Positions 1 through 10,536 of a stretch of DNA of 64,000 bases are shown one piece after another (positions within the stretch are counted from its first letter, which is position 1; each line of letters opens with the position of its first letter). The DNA is from Myxococcota bacterium (GTDB lineage: Bacteria; Myxococcota_A; UBA796; SXON01). The DNA is taken from positions 196,064-260,063 of the forward strand of contig JAZKFH010000027.1 in NCBI GenBank assembly GCA_040386535.1. Reading direction: 5' to 3'. The position numbers and the translations under genes are program-made. The notes beneath the pieces are model-generated. The model had not been told where the DNA came from. It searched no databases and was given only the letters and a program-made list of their open reading frames with translations.

Positions 1-7
1 CGCTCGC

Positions 8-105
8 CCACCTCTCGCCGCCACCTCTCGCCGCCACCTCTCGCCGCCACCTCTCTCGCCGCCACCTCTCGCCGCCACCTCTCGCCGCCACCTCTCGCCG
101 CCACC
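8..105. repeat. 13-bp tandem repeat CCACCTCTCGCCG, 7 copies plus a partial copy (one copy has an extra CT)
   Basis: Read directly: units at 8, 21, 34, 47 (15 bp), 62, 75, 88 and a partial at 101; no spacers. Confidence 0.95.
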
Positions 106-621
106 CGCGTGTCAGCTCACGACGATGCGTGCGCCGCCAGACACACGACGCCGCGCCGGCCCGAGCGTAGCGCCCCCCGCGTCCGCGCGGGGGGCCGGCT
201 CCAGGCCGCACGATCCTCCCCCGACCTGCCGGTCGGAGGAGGCTTTCGCGCGCCTTCGGCAGCGCGGCGGAGCCGCGCGGTCGGCCGGGCGAGTGGCATC
301 CTCCTGGTCACGAAGCGCCGTTCGCCCGGCCGGCCCAGCCGCTCCGGGGGCGGCTGCCCTCCGCGCCCTTGGCGCGGGACGCCGCGGCGGCGGGTACGGC
401 CGTCGCGCGCACCGGCATCGCGACGCGATTGTCGACGGCGCGCGCTCCGTGATGACCGCCCCAGCGCCACGACCCGCGCCAACGCCATCATCCCCCAGCG
501 GCAGGCGACCGGCGGGCGGCCGGCTGCGCCGGCCGGTTCGGCGCCCGCCGCCGGGAGGCGGCGCCGCGCCAACCGAGCGCAAAGCGCGAGTCCAGAGGGG
601 GCCGCCCGGCCGCCCGGATCG

Positions 622-1695
622 TTACGGAAGCGCCGGGTAGTCCGTGTAGCCCTTCTCCCCGCCGCCGTAGAACGTCGCGAAGTCGGGTGCGTTGAGGGGG
701 GCGGCTTCGGCGAAGCGGCGGGGCAGGTCGGGGTTGGCGAGGAAGGGCACGCCGTACGCCACGAGATCGGCCTCGCCCGACGCGATGGCGGCGTTGCCGG
801 AGTCCTGGGTGAAGCCGCCGTTCACGATGTACGTGCCGCGGAACAACGGGCGGAGGAGCGGGGCAAAGCGCTTGGGGCTGGCGGCGGGATCGACCACGTG
901 GAGGTAGCCGATGCCACGCGCCGAGAGGGCGTCGGCCACCGCGGCGAACAACACCTCGGGCGCGCTGTCCGACATGCCGTTGAAGTCGCCGCTCGGCGAG
1001 ATGCGCACGCCCACCTGGGCCGCGGGGAACACGGCGGTGACGGCGTCGACCACCTCGAGGAGGAAGCGGAGGCGGTTCTCGACGGAGCCGCCGTACGCGT
1101 CGGCGCGGTGATTGCTCCCGTCGCGCAGGAACTGGTCGATGAGGTAGCCGTTGGCGCCGTGCAGCTCGATGCCGTCGAAGCCCGCGGCCTTCGCGACGCG
1201 CGCGCCCTGGACGTACTGGGCGACCACGCCGGCGATCTCGTCGGTCTCGAGGGCGCGCGGGGTGGAGAAGGGCACCTGGCCCTCGCTGGTCCACGTCAGG
1301 CCCGGGATGCCGATGGCGGAGGCCGAGACGGGCGCCTTGCCCCCGGGCTGGAAGGACGTGTGCGACACGCGGCCGACGTGCCAGAGCTGGGCGTAGATGC
1401 GCGCGTCGGCATTGGCGGCGTGCACGGCGTCGACCACGGTGCGCCAGCCAGCTTCCTGCTCGGGGCTGTAGATGCCGGGCGTGGCGACGTAACCCTGGCC
1501 CTCGGGCGCCACCTGGGTGGCCTCGGTGATGAGCAGCCCCGCCGTGGCGCGCTGGGCGTAGTAGAGCGCGGTGAGCTCGGTGGGAACGTTGCCCGCGGCG
1601 GCGCGCGACCGGGTCATCGGGGCGAGCGCGATGCGGTTCTGGAAGGTGACGCCGGGGGCCGAAGGGTGGGAGGAGAACAGCGGCTGGGTGGTCAT
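622..1695 (-). CDS. nemA: Alkene reductase / old yellow enzyme (NemA-like)
   Basis: APMTRSRA, YYAQRA, QLWHVGR, GFDGIELHGANGYLIDQFL, NPDLP and FYGG..GYTDYP motifs; start placed at MTTQPLF (1695). Confidence 0.92.
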   Translation of the reverse strand: MTTQPLFSSHPSAPGVTFQNRIALAPMTRSRAAAGNVPTELTALYYAQRATAGLLITEATQVAPEGQGYVATPGIYSPEQEAGWRTVVDAVHAANADARIYAQLWHVGRVSHTSFQPGGKAPVSASAIGIPGLTWTSEGQVPFSTPRALETDEIAGVVAQYVQGARVAKAAGFDGIELHGANGYLIDQFLRDGSNHRADAYGGSVENRLRFLLEVVDAVTAVFPAAQVGVRISPSGDFNGMSDSAPEVLFAAVADALSARGIGYLHVVDPAASPKRFAPLLRPLFRGTYIVNGGFTQDSGNAAIASGEADLVAYGVPFLANPDLPRRFAEAAPLNAPDFATFYGGGEKGYTDYPALP

Positions 1696-1843
1696 GCGGG
1701 CTCCGATGGCGCTTCCGATAGGGAAGCGACTTGTACGACGGAGGTATCCGCGAAGGCTTCCGATCGTCAAGTCACTTCCCTAAAGGAAGTTGATGGGGTT
1801 GCGGAAGGGGCGCGGCGCGCGTAGGTTGGGCCTGGAGGCGACG

Positions 1844-2278
1844 ATGGCGTCCGACAGCGCGCGGTGCGAGGCATTCAGGGCCGCGATGGACGTGCTCGGG
1901 AAGCCGTGGAACGGCCTGCTTCTGAAGGCGCTCATGGGCGGCGAGCTGCGGTTCTCCGTGCTCGCGGAGCACATGGCGCCCATCGGCGACCGCATGTTGT
2001 CGTGTCGCCTCAAGGAGCTCGAGGCCGCGGGGCTCGTGTCGCGCGAGGTCGATCCCGGGCCGCCCGTGCGCGTGTCCTACGCCCTCACGGCGGTGGGCCG
2101 GGGCATGGAGGACGTGACGCGCGCGGTCGAGGCGTGGGGCGCGCAGATCCTGACGGTGCGCACCGACGTGCCGGGAGGCGTTCCGGGAGACGTGCCGGGA
2201 GAGCAGGGCTGCCCCGACGCGGCGGCCCAGTGCGACGGGGTGGAAGAAGCGGTGTGCCTGGGCGCGCGGGAGGGCTGA
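1844..2278 (+). CDS. HxlR-family winged-helix transcriptional regulator
   Basis: C...AMDVLGKPW, LRFS, MLSxRLKELE, PPVRVSYALT; divergent from nemA; GGAGG upstream of ATG 1844. Confidence 0.88.
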   Translation: MASDSARCEAFRAAMDVLGKPWNGLLLKALMGGELRFSVLAEHMAPIGDRMLSCRLKELEAAGLVSREVDPGPPVRVSYALTAVGRGMEDVTRAVEAWGAQILTVRTDVPGGVPGDVPGEQGCPDAAAQCDGVEEAVCLGAREG

Positions 2279-2288
2279 TCCCTCCGAG

Positions 2289-2738
2289 CTACGCCGGCTC
2301 CCAGACCCCCCCGGCGGCCGGACAGTTGGTCTCCCAGAAGGACGCCGCGCTCGCCGGGGCCACGTGGGTCACGTAGCAGCGGTCGGGCAGGCCCGCGTTG
2401 AAGAAGACGCAGGTGCCGACCCGGTCGGGCACGACGCACGGGGTGAGCGACACGGCGGCGCCGGACGACTCGCACTGCGGGCGCACCAGCGCCTCGGTGT
2501 TGGCGCCGAAGTAGTCCGAGCAGGCGGTCGCGCCCGAGCTCACCGCGGAGCACGACACCGTGAACGGGAGCCCCTCGCACGGCCGGATCAGCGCGGCGTC
2601 GGTGTCCGTATCGGTGTCGGTGTCGGTGTCCGTATCGGTGTCGGTGTCCGTGTCGGTGTCGGCCGCGGGCGCGGTGTCGTCGACGGGCTTGTCAGTGCCG
2701 GTGCAGGCGGCGAGGAGGAGGACGAGGAAGAGCTTCAT
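2289..2738 (-). CDS. Lipoprotein with (DT)n tract and Cys-rich C-terminal domain
   Basis: MKLFLVLLLAAC lipobox, DTDTDT run, multiple Cys. Confidence 0.75.
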   Translation of the reverse strand: MKLFLVLLLAACTGTDKPVDDTAPAADTDTDTDTDTDTDTDTDTDTDAALIRPCEGLPFTVSCSAVSSGATACSDYFGANTEALVRPQCESSGAAVSLTPCVVPDRVGTCVFFNAGLPDRCYVTHVAPASAASFWETNCPAAGGVWEPA

Positions 2739-2775
2739 CGCCTCCGGTTATCGGAGCACGCGCGCGTCAGCCAGA

Positions 2776-3243
2776 TCAGGGGAACGGCGGCGGCTTGGGT
2801 GCCAGCTTGAGCTGGGCGTAGCGGGAGCTGCCGCCGAGGAGCGCGCCCAGTCCGGCGCTCATGACGAGGCCGACCATGCCGTTGATGATGGTCTCCGTGC
2901 CCGCGGCGGCCTCGGCGTCGACGCCGACGGTCGACGCCACCATCATCGCGACCGACCCGAGGATGGAGCACGCGTGCAGGCCGGCGAAGACGTACCCGGT
3001 CACCATCGAACCCACGGAGGGCCGCACGAGGTTCAGCACGACGACGACGATCTGGAGGGCGAGCAGCACCACGCCGATGCACGCCATGAGGGCCATGAGC
3101 GCCATCGCGAGGAGGATGATCTCGGCGATCCCTTCGAAGAACCGGTCGCTCTCGGCCTTGGAGCAGCCGGCGAGCAGGAGGATCAGCGGGAGGAGGCAGC
3201 GGAAGACGAGGGGGGAGGAGGTCACGCGGGCATCGTACCCCAA
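2776..3243 (-). CDS. Hypothetical membrane protein / lipoprotein
   Basis: LLLAGC lipobox-like segment followed by hydrophobic helices; start uncertain. Confidence 0.55.
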   Translation of the reverse strand: MGYDARVTSSPLVFRCLLPLILLLAGCSKAESDRFFEGIAEIILLAMALMALMACIGVVLLALQIVVVVLNLVRPSVGSMVTGYVFAGLHACSILGSVAMMVASTVGVDAEAAAGTETIINGMVGLVMSAGLGALLGGSSRYAQLKLAPKPPPFP

Positions 3244-3249
3244 GTGCCG

Positions 3250-6200
3250 CTACCGACCGGGCCACACCCACACGCCGCCGGGGGACGAGGCGTCCGGGGC
3301 GCCGAAGAGGAGGTCCCCCAGGCCGTCGCCGTTCGTGTCCCCGGGCGTGGCGACGTTGTATCCGATCGAGTGGGGGCTGCCGCCGAACACGGTGCCGTCG
3401 GCGTCGCTCACGTAGAAGGTGCCGCTGGGCGCGGTGAGCCACAGGAACGCCGCGCCGTGGGTGCTGCCACCCCGCTCCGTGGTGCCGTCACCGAGGATGA
3501 CGAGGTCGTCCCGACCGTCGCCGTCCAGATCGGTCGCGCCGCCCACGGCGGAGCCGACGCCGGCCCCGTTGAACACGCCGGCGAAGATCGCGTCGGAGGC
3601 GCCGAGGGCGAGCGTCGCGGGCGGCGGCGAGTAGACGAGGTAGGCGCGCCCCGGGTCCCACGGGCCCACGTCCGGCGCGCCCACGAGCAGGTCGGCGTAG
3701 CCGTCGCCGTTGGGATCGCCCGCGGCCGCGACCGAGGCGCCCGCCTGATCGAGGTTGTTCTCGCCGGTGAGAACGGCGTCCGCCACCTCGTCCAGGTTCC
3801 CGGTCACGGGCATCCCGTAGATGAGGAAGGCCCCGCCCTTGGGGTACGTCGCGCCGCCGGAGAAGTTGGACAGGCCCACGAGCAGGTCGTCGAGGCCGTC
3901 CCCGTCGGCGTCCCCGATGGACGCGGCGGTGTAGCCGAGCAGATCGTTGGGGGCGGTGCCATAGAGCGACACGTCGGCGGCCGACGCGTCGTGGGCGCCG
4001 ACCACGGGCCCCTGGAACAGGGCGAACATCCCGCTGAAGTAGCCGTTCGTGTCGTCGCCGGACACACCCACCAGCAGCTCGTCGTCGCCGTCGCCGTCGA
4101 GGTCCCCGCCGAACACCACGCCGTACCCCGTGCGGTCGTAGACCGCGGACCCGTCGATGCTGGCGACGGCCGCGGTGACGCTCGTCTCGGCGGCCGTGGG
4201 CGCGGCCATGAGGTAGGCGGTCCCGGTCTCGGCGTACGGGAACGCGCGGCCGGGCGCGCCGAGGAGGATCTCCGGAACGCCGTCCCCGTCGGTGTCGCCG
4301 CCGCCGGCCACCGAGACGCCGGCGTACGCGGAGCCGCTCGGCCCGACGATCACGTGGGCTGCCGCGGCCAGGGAACCGTCTGCGGTGACGGGCCCCAGCA
4401 CGACGAACACGGCGCCCGACTGGGCGCCCTCGCGGTCCGAGCTCGACGCGCCCACCACGAGGTCGGCGTAGCCGTCGCCGTCGAGGTCCCCCGCGCCCGC
4501 GACTGCGACGCCGGCGTCGTCGTCGCGGGCCTCGCCGGTGAGCAGGAACGCGCCCGTGGACAGCCACTCGCCGTCCGCGTCGCCGTCGCAGGAGGAATCG
4601 GCGGCGTCGCCCCATCGCTCGGGCGCCTCCGGCCAGGCGTCCGCGTCGGTGTCGTCGCAGTCGTCGTCGTCCGTCGCGACGTAGTACCCGTGCGGCTCGC
4701 AGGCGCAGACGGGCGCGCCGGCGCCGAACCCGTCGCCGTCGGTATCGGCGTACCAGGGAGAGCAGCCCGCGCCGTCGACACCCACCCGGTCGCCGTTGCA
4801 GTCGTCGTCGGCCTCCGTGAGGCAGCTCTCGACGAGCCCGGGGCGGACCGCGCCGTCGGCGTCGTCACAGTCGGTGTTGTCCGCGAGGTAGCCGTACGGC
4901 CGGATGCAGGCCGACACGGAGGCGTCCGGATCGCCGTAGCCGTCGATGTCCGCGTCGGCGTACCAGGTGGGCGCGTCGACGGCGCCGTCCTCGTCGACCA
5001 CCCCGTCGCAGTTGTCGTCGGCGCCCGAGGCGCAGGTCTCCGGCGCGCCCGGCGAGATGGCCGCGTCGGTGTCGTCACAATCGGCGGCGTCGGCGACGAA
5101 GCCGACGGGCTCGGCACACGCGGAGGCGCCGACCGAAGCGTCCCCGAAGCCGTCCGCGTCGGTGTCCGCGTACCAGGCGAGCGCGTCGACGGCGTCCGGC
5201 TCGTCCACCGTGCCGTCACAGTCCTCGTCGGCCCCGCCACACGCCTCGGCGGCGTCGGGGTGGATGGCGGGGTCGGCGTCGTCACAGTCGGTGCCGTCGG
5301 CCACGGATCCAGACGGGGCGAGGCAGGACGAGGTGGGAATCGCGGGGTCGCCGAAGCCGTCGGCATCCGCGTCGAGGAACCAGGTGGGCGCGCCCACCGC
5401 GTCGGGCTCGTCGACCGTGCCGTCGCAGTCCTCGTCGGCACCGCCACACTGCTCGATGCCGCCCGGGGACACGGCGGCGTCGGTGTCGTCGCAGTCGGTC
5501 CCGTCGGCCACGTGGCCCGCGGGGGCCGAGCATCCCGGTGTCCCGACGGAGGGGTCACCGTAGCCGTCACCGTCCGTGTCCGCGTACCACCGGGCGGCGT
5601 CGACCGCGCCGGCCTCGTCCACCCGCCCGTCACAATCGTCGTCGTCGCCGTCACACCGCTCGTCCTCGCCGGGCGAGCGGAACGGATCGGCGTCGTCGCA
5701 GTCCTCGTCGTCGGCCACGTAGCCGGTGGGTGCGTCGCAAGCGTCAATCCGGTCGGTGCGGTCTCCGAAGCCGTCCGCGTCGAGGTCGGCGTACCAGGGC
5801 GGGGCATCCAGGGAGTCCTCGTCCACCTCGCCGTCACAGTCCTCGTCGCGCCCGTTGCACAGCTCATACGCGCCGGGAGCGACGTCGTCCGTCGTGTCGT
5901 CACAATCGCTCGCGTCCGCGAGGTGGCCCGGCGGCGCCTGGCACGCGGCGGCCGACGCCTCGGGGTCTCCGAAGCCGTCCGCGTCGGTGTCCGCGTACCA
6001 GCGGGGCGCATCGACCGCGTCCTCGTCGATCACGCCGTCACAGTCGTCGTCCTCGCCGTCACACGTCTCGTCGGCGCCGGGGAACACGGCCGCGTTCACA
6101 TCGTCGCAGTCGCCGTCCGAGAGCGTGTACCCGGCGGGCGCCACGCACGCGAGGGCGGTGCCGCGGGAGGCGTTGCCCACGCCGTCCCCGTCGTTGTCGC

Positions 6201-6309
6201 GGTACCACGCCAGCTCCTCGCAGCCGCCCGTGTCCTCCTTCTCGAGGGGTACGGGGGCGGGGCCCGTACACGCGGCGAGGGTGGAGAGCAGGAGCAAGGC
6301 GCGATGCAT
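3250..6309 (-). CDS. Large surface lipoprotein: Cys/Asp putative metal-binding (MopE-like) repeats plus FG-GAP/integrin-alpha-like propeller
   Basis: MHRALLLLSTLAAC signal at 6309; about 10 WYxDxDxDGxGD...DCDD...E.CDG.D.DCDG repeats; C-terminal GDLDGDGYADLVVGA repeats. Confidence 0.85.
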   Translation of the reverse strand: MHRALLLLSTLAACTGPAPVPLEKEDTGGCEELAWYRDNDGDGVGNASRGTALACVAPAGYTLSDGDCDDVNAAVFPGADETCDGEDDDCDGVIDEDAVDAPRWYADTDADGFGDPEASAAACQAPPGHLADASDCDDTTDDVAPGAYELCNGRDEDCDGEVDEDSLDAPPWYADLDADGFGDRTDRIDACDAPTGYVADDEDCDDADPFRSPGEDERCDGDDDDCDGRVDEAGAVDAARWYADTDGDGYGDPSVGTPGCSAPAGHVADGTDCDDTDAAVSPGGIEQCGGADEDCDGTVDEPDAVGAPTWFLDADADGFGDPAIPTSSCLAPSGSVADGTDCDDADPAIHPDAAEACGGADEDCDGTVDEPDAVDALAWYADTDADGFGDASVGASACAEPVGFVADAADCDDTDAAISPGAPETCASGADDNCDGVVDEDGAVDAPTWYADADIDGYGDPDASVSACIRPYGYLADNTDCDDADGAVRPGLVESCLTEADDDCNGDRVGVDGAGCSPWYADTDGDGFGAGAPVCACEPHGYYVATDDDDCDDTDADAWPEAPERWGDAADSSCDGDADGEWLSTGAFLLTGEARDDDAGVAVAGAGDLDGDGYADLVVGASSSDREGAQSGAVFVVLGPVTADGSLAAAAHVIVGPSGSAYAGVSVAGGGDTDGDGVPEILLGAPGRAFPYAETGTAYLMAAPTAAETSVTAAVASIDGSAVYDRTGYGVVFGGDLDGDGDDELLVGVSGDDTNGYFSGMFALFQGPVVGAHDASAADVSLYGTAPNDLLGYTAASIGDADGDGLDDLLVGLSNFSGGATYPKGGAFLIYGMPVTGNLDEVADAVLTGENNLDQAGASVAAAGDPNGDGYADLLVGAPDVGPWDPGRAYLVYSPPPATLALGASDAIFAGVFNGAGVGSAVGGATDLDGDGRDDLVILGDGTTERGGSTHGAAFLWLTAPSGTFYVSDADGTVFGGSPHSIGYNVATPGDTNGDGLGDLLFGAPDASSPGGVWVWPGR

Positions 6310-6388
6310 CTCCCAACCCTTACCCGGCGGCGCAGTTCCTTGACAGGACGGTGGACAGGACGCCGCGGATCCACCTATCGTCGTCACC

Positions 6389-7522
6389 ATGATGCGCCGC
6401 CTTCGCCCGTTTGTCACCTTGTCGAGCTTGTTGCTCGCAGGCTGCGTCGAGACCTCGATGACCTTCGGCGAGGACACGGACCGGCCGGGCAAGGACGACA
6501 CGGACGGCGATGCCGACACGGATGTCGACGCGGACACGGACACCGATGCCGACACGGACACCGATACGGACACGGACACGGACACGGACACCGACTCCGA
6601 CTCCGATACCGATACCGACACGGACACGGACACGGATACCGACACCGACGTGGACACCGGGTCGACCGCGTACGACTGCGCGAAGCTGCCGGACTTCAAC
6701 CTCGGCGACACGACGATGACCGACGCGCGCGGCTACCACGGCGTCAGCTTCGATGACGACGGGAACCTGCTGGGGTGGGACGGCCGCAACGCCGTCGTGA
6801 AGAGCGCGTACGACGGCACGCGCGAGGTGTTCGTCCCGGGGCTCCGCAGCGTCGAGCAGATCGACCGCCTCCCCGACGGCGACTTCGTGCTGGCGGACGG
6901 CGCGAACGCTCGCCTCCTCCGCGTGACGCCGGACGGCGGCTCGGAGACCCTCGCGTCCGGCGTCGGCTACGTGTACGGGGTGACGGTGGGGCCGGACGGG
7001 ATGGTGTACATCGCGGACGGCGGCGTGGCGCGGGTCGATCCGGCCACGGGCGAGCGCACCGTGCTCCTCCCGCAGCCCCCGAGCTGGACCGCCCACAGCC
7101 TCAACTTCAACCTGGACAGCACGCGCCTCTACATCGGCACGATCGGCCGCGGCGACGTGTTCTACTTTGAGCTCGACGCCGACCTGAACCCCGTCGGTAC
7201 CCCGGTGCTGCTCCTCAATGTCACGGGCACCGGATGGCACGACGCCGTGGGGGTCGATGTGTGCGACAACGTCTACATCACCGACTACTCGAGCGGCGGC
7301 CTGTACCGCGTCGAGCCCGACCTCACGGTGGTGCAGATGGTCACCATCGACCGCACGTTGTACGGCCACGGGATGGAGTGGGGCAGCGGCCTCGGCGGCT
7401 GGCGCGACGACGCGCTGTACATGCCCCAGCCCTACAACGGCTCGACCATCCGCGAGGTCGTGCTCGGGATCCCCGACGGCGACACGGTCCGCACGTGGAA
7501 CGGCGTGGCGACCCCCTGGTGA
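6389..7522 (+). CDS. Lipoprotein with (DT)n tract and SMP-30/gluconolactonase-like beta-propeller
   Basis: LLLAGC lipobox, long DT run, GVTVGPDGMVYIAD and DAVGVDVCDNVYITD blade motifs. Confidence 0.75.
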   Translation: MMRRLRPFVTLSSLLLAGCVETSMTFGEDTDRPGKDDTDGDADTDVDADTDTDADTDTDTDTDTDTDTDSDSDTDTDTDTDTDTDTDVDTGSTAYDCAKLPDFNLGDTTMTDARGYHGVSFDDDGNLLGWDGRNAVVKSAYDGTREVFVPGLRSVEQIDRLPDGDFVLADGANARLLRVTPDGGSETLASGVGYVYGVTVGPDGMVYIADGGVARVDPATGERTVLLPQPPSWTAHSLNFNLDSTRLYIGTIGRGDVFYFELDADLNPVGTPVLLLNVTGTGWHDAVGVDVCDNVYITDYSSGGLYRVEPDLTVVQMVTIDRTLYGHGMEWGSGLGGWRDDALYMPQPYNGSTIREVVLGIPDGDTVRTWNGVATPW

Positions 7523-7562
7523 GCCGCGGTCCTTCGATCCTTCTGCTCTGGAGCCCCACCGA

Positions 7563-8573
7563 ATGACGATTCTCCTGTACCTCCTGGCCTGCGTGGGCGA
7601 CAGCTCCGACGACACCGGCAAGGGGGACGACACCGACGAGGTCGACACCGACACCGATACGGACGCCGACACCGACGCCGATACGGACGCCGACACGGAC
7701 ACGGATTCAAACCCGGTCGACCCCGCCACGGTGCCGCTCGACGGCGAGTGCGCGGACGATGTGCACTGGGGCGCCTTCCTCGTCGACAGCACCGAGGACT
7801 ACGCGTACGTCACCGGCTCGCTCTCCTCCGGCGTGGTGCCCGTCGCGGTGCTCACCCGTGTGCTCGACTCGGGCGACTGCACGATCTGGCGCCGCGAGAA
7901 CCCGTTCTGTGACCCGACCTGCGCGCCCGGCTACACCTGCGATCTGACGGGCGAGTGTGTCCCGTACCCGACGACCCAGGACCTCGGCACCGTGACCCTC
8001 ACGGGGCTCTCCCAGGCCGTCACGATGGAGCCGCGCACCCCCGGCTACACCTACTTCGACACGTCGATCCCCAACCCGCCGTGGGTCGAGGGTGACCTGC
8101 TCGTGCTCGAGACCTCCGGGGGCGCCTACGAGCCGGTGACGTTGTACGGCGTGGCGCCCGCGCCGCTCGTGCCCGTGAGCCTCGACTGGGTGATCACCGA
8201 GGGCGCGCCGCTCGGCGTGGCGTGGGATGCCCCCGCGGGCCCCGTGCGCACCGAGCTCGTCCTGTCGCTCCGCATCGATCAACACGGCACCACGCCGTCC
8301 AGCATCGAGTGCGTGTTCGTGGACGACGGCGCCGCCGAGGTGCCCGCCGACGTGATCGAGACCCTCATGGGGTTCGGCGTCACCGGGTTCCCCGCGGGCG
8401 ATCTCGTCCGCCGCACCGCCGACTCCACGCCGATCGGCGAGGGCTGCATCGATCTCACGGCCAGCTCCTCCCGCCTCGCGCACGTCGAGATCGAGGGGTA
8501 CACGCCGTGCACCCGCGACGACGACTGCCCCGAGGGGCTGACCTGCAACGAGGCGCTGGAGCGCTGCGAGTAG
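7563..8573 (+). CDS. Cys-rich lipoprotein with (DT)n tract
   Basis: MTILLYLLAC at 7563; CDPTCAPGYTC and CTRDDDCPEGLTC motifs. Confidence 0.75.
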   Translation: MTILLYLLACVGDSSDDTGKGDDTDEVDTDTDTDADTDADTDADTDTDSNPVDPATVPLDGECADDVHWGAFLVDSTEDYAYVTGSLSSGVVPVAVLTRVLDSGDCTIWRRENPFCDPTCAPGYTCDLTGECVPYPTTQDLGTVTLTGLSQAVTMEPRTPGYTYFDTSIPNPPWVEGDLLVLETSGGAYEPVTLYGVAPAPLVPVSLDWVITEGAPLGVAWDAPAGPVRTELVLSLRIDQHGTTPSSIECVFVDDGAAEVPADVIETLMGFGVTGFPAGDLVRRTADSTPIGEGCIDLTASSSRLAHVEIEGYTPCTRDDDCPEGLTCNEALERCE

Positions 8574-8587
8574 CGGACGGTCCGGCC

Positions 8588-9544
8588 CTACCGACCGTGG
8601 GGGGCCGACAGGTCGAGCTCCGGGCCCACCGGCACGATGCGGTGGGGGTTGATCGACGGGTGGCTGTAGTAGTAGTGCCGCTTGATCGAGGCGAGATCAC
8701 AGGTCGCCGCCACGCCCGGCATCTGGTACACCGCGCGCGTGTGCCCCCACAGGTTGGGGTACTCGCGCAGGGCGCGCACGTTGCACTTGAAGTGCCCGTA
8801 ATAGACGAGGTCGAAGCGGAGCAACGTCGTGAACAGGCGCAGATCGGCCTCGGTGAACGCCTCTCCCGCCAGCCACTTGTGCGTGGCGAGGCGCGCTTCG
8901 AGCACGTCCAGCGTCGCGAAGAGCGCGAGGACGGCCTCCTCGTACGCCTCTTGCGTGGTGGCGAAGCCGGCGCGGTACACGCCGTTGTTGACCGTCTCGT
9001 AGATGCGGGCGTTGAGCGGGTCGATGACGGGGCGGAGCGCCTCGGGGTACAGGTCGTGCCCGGCCAGCGGGGCGTCGGGCCGTGCGAGCGGGCGGAGCGG
9101 CCCGTTCATCGAACGCAGCAGCTCGGACGACTCGTTGTTCACGATCGTGCCGGCGACCGTGTCCCAGAGGACCGGCACGGTGACCCGGCCCGTGTAGTGC
9201 GGGTCGGCGCGGGTGTAGACCTCGTGGAGGTGCCGGGCGCCGAAGAGCGCGTCCGGATGGGCCTCGGAGAAGCTCCAGCCGTGCTCGAGCATCTCCGGCT
9301 CGACCACGGAGACGGAGATCGCGGCCTCGAGCCCGAGCAGCGCACGGGCGACCAGCGTGCGGTGTGCCCATGGACACGCCATCGCGACGTAGAGGTGGTA
9401 CCGGCCCGCCTCGACGGGGTGGGCGGCGCCCGCATCAGCGCTGACCGTGCCGCGGAAGTGGCTGTCCTTGCGGACGAAGCGGCCCCCGGTGGAGGTGGTG
9501 TCGTACCAGGCGTCCTGCCAGCGACCATCGACCAACAAGCCCAT
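8588..9544 (-). CDS. yqjG: Glutathionyl-hydroquinone reductase (GST Xi/omega class, YqjG/ECM4-like)
   Basis: [46 protein letters not shown]. Confidence 0.93.
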   Translation of the reverse strand: MGLLVDGRWQDAWYDTTSTGGRFVRKDSHFRGTVSADAGAAHPVEAGRYHLYVAMACPWAHRTLVARALLGLEAAISVSVVEPEMLEHGWSFSEAHPDALFGARHLHEVYTRADPHYTGRVTVPVLWDTVAGTIVNNESSELLRSMNGPLRPLARPDAPLAGHDLYPEALRPVIDPLNARIYETVNNGVYRAGFATTQEAYEEAVLALFATLDVLEARLATHKWLAGEAFTEADLRLFTTLLRFDLVYYGHFKCNVRALREYPNLWGHTRAVYQMPGVAATCDLASIKRHYYYSHPSINPHRIVPVGPELDLSAPHGR

Positions 9545-9690
9545 CTCGACCTCGGGAGGGACGGTCGATAACGCGGCGCGCCCGGGGGAGGGGGGAGCGG
9601 CGCCGACGGGGCTTCTTTGGGGCCGTGACGAATCGTGACAACAGCGCGGGCGCCGATCTTCCGAGAGAGGAGGCGTCCCCAGGAACCGTC

Positions 9691-10482
9691 ATGACCACCG
9701 CGCCTCCCCTCGCTCTCCGCCTCCTCCCCCGCTCCGTGTCGGTCGCGTGGCTCGTCCGCCCCGCCCTGCTTCTCGCGCTCCTCGCGCCCGCGGCGGCGCG
9801 CGCCGAGACCGTCGAGGACGCCGATCGGGACGGCCTGACCGACATGTACGAGGAGATGGTCGGCACGGACCCGAACGACGACGACACGGACGACGACGGC
9901 CTGGTGGACGGCATCGAGGTGTGGGGCCTCACCGGGACGGATCCGCGCCTGTCCGACTCGGACGTGGACGGGCTGCTCGACGGCGAAGAGGACAGCGATC
10001 ACGACGGCGCGATGGACGGCGGCGAGACCCACCCCCTGGTGGCCGACAGCGACGGTGGCGGGGTGGACGACGGGACCGAGGCGCGCTTCGGCACCGATCC
10101 GCTCAATGGCGCCGACGACGCGACCGACGGCGACAACGGCCGCGTGGACTCGGACGGCGACGGGGTCACCGACAGCGACGAGCGCGGCCTGCAGACCGAC
10201 CCGTTCGACGCCGACTCCGACGGCGACGGCCTCTCCGACGGCGAGGAGCTGTACGTGACGGGCACCGATCCGACCGCCTGGGACTCGGATGCCGACGGCG
10301 TGCGGGACGGCGGCGAGGTGGGCGCGGACATGGAACGCACGGTGATCGAGCCGATCGCGCCGATCGGCGTCCCGATGGGCGGCGGGGGCCTCACGTGCTC
10401 GTCGACCGGGACCTCGGGCGCCGTGCCCGCGGGGCTCGGGCTGGTGCTCCTCGCGGCCCTCGCGCGCCGCCGCCGCGCCTGA
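9691..10482 (+). CDS. Secreted Ca-binding DxDxDG (thrombospondin-3-like) repeat protein with MYXO-CTERM-like tail
   Basis: Signal peptide ending ARA; D(S/T)DGDGL.DG.E...GTDP repeats; C-terminal CSS...hydrophobic...RRRR. Confidence 0.8.
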   Translation: MTTAPPLALRLLPRSVSVAWLVRPALLLALLAPAAARAETVEDADRDGLTDMYEEMVGTDPNDDDTDDDGLVDGIEVWGLTGTDPRLSDSDVDGLLDGEEDSDHDGAMDGGETHPLVADSDGGGVDDGTEARFGTDPLNGADDATDGDNGRVDSDGDGVTDSDERGLQTDPFDADSDGDGLSDGEELYVTGTDPTAWDSDADGVRDGGEVGADMERTVIEPIAPIGVPMGGGGLTCSSTGTSGAVPAGLGLVLLAALARRRRA

Positions 10483-10536
10483 CACGGGCCGGGGCCCTGA
10501 GCGGCCCGACCAGGCTCTGAGGTTAGGCGACGGTCC

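Noticed and set aside
8..105. Repeat arrays at 8-105, 34654-34713 and 42281-42343 as CRISPR
   Set aside because: Contiguous 13-15 bp units with no unique spacers, and no cas genes
106..621. Short ORFs in the leftmost spacer
   Set aside because: No recognisable motifs, RBS or typical amino-acid composition
3250..6309. Many DGYGD 'YG' sites in the large repeat proteins as splicease substrates
   Set aside because: They are part of the generic DxDxDG(Y/F)G Ca-binding loop, Y freely exchanges with F, and there is no Zn-ribbon leader or linkage to the enzyme
2560..6756. Very long alternative ORFs (e.g. 2560..6756 +, 109..1824 +, 9139..11898 -, 15633..18371 +, 32562..34649 -, 55434..57797 -)
   Set aside because: Antisense or off-frame shadows of well-supported genes, typical of high-GC DNA; Arg/Gly/Val-rich and without motifs
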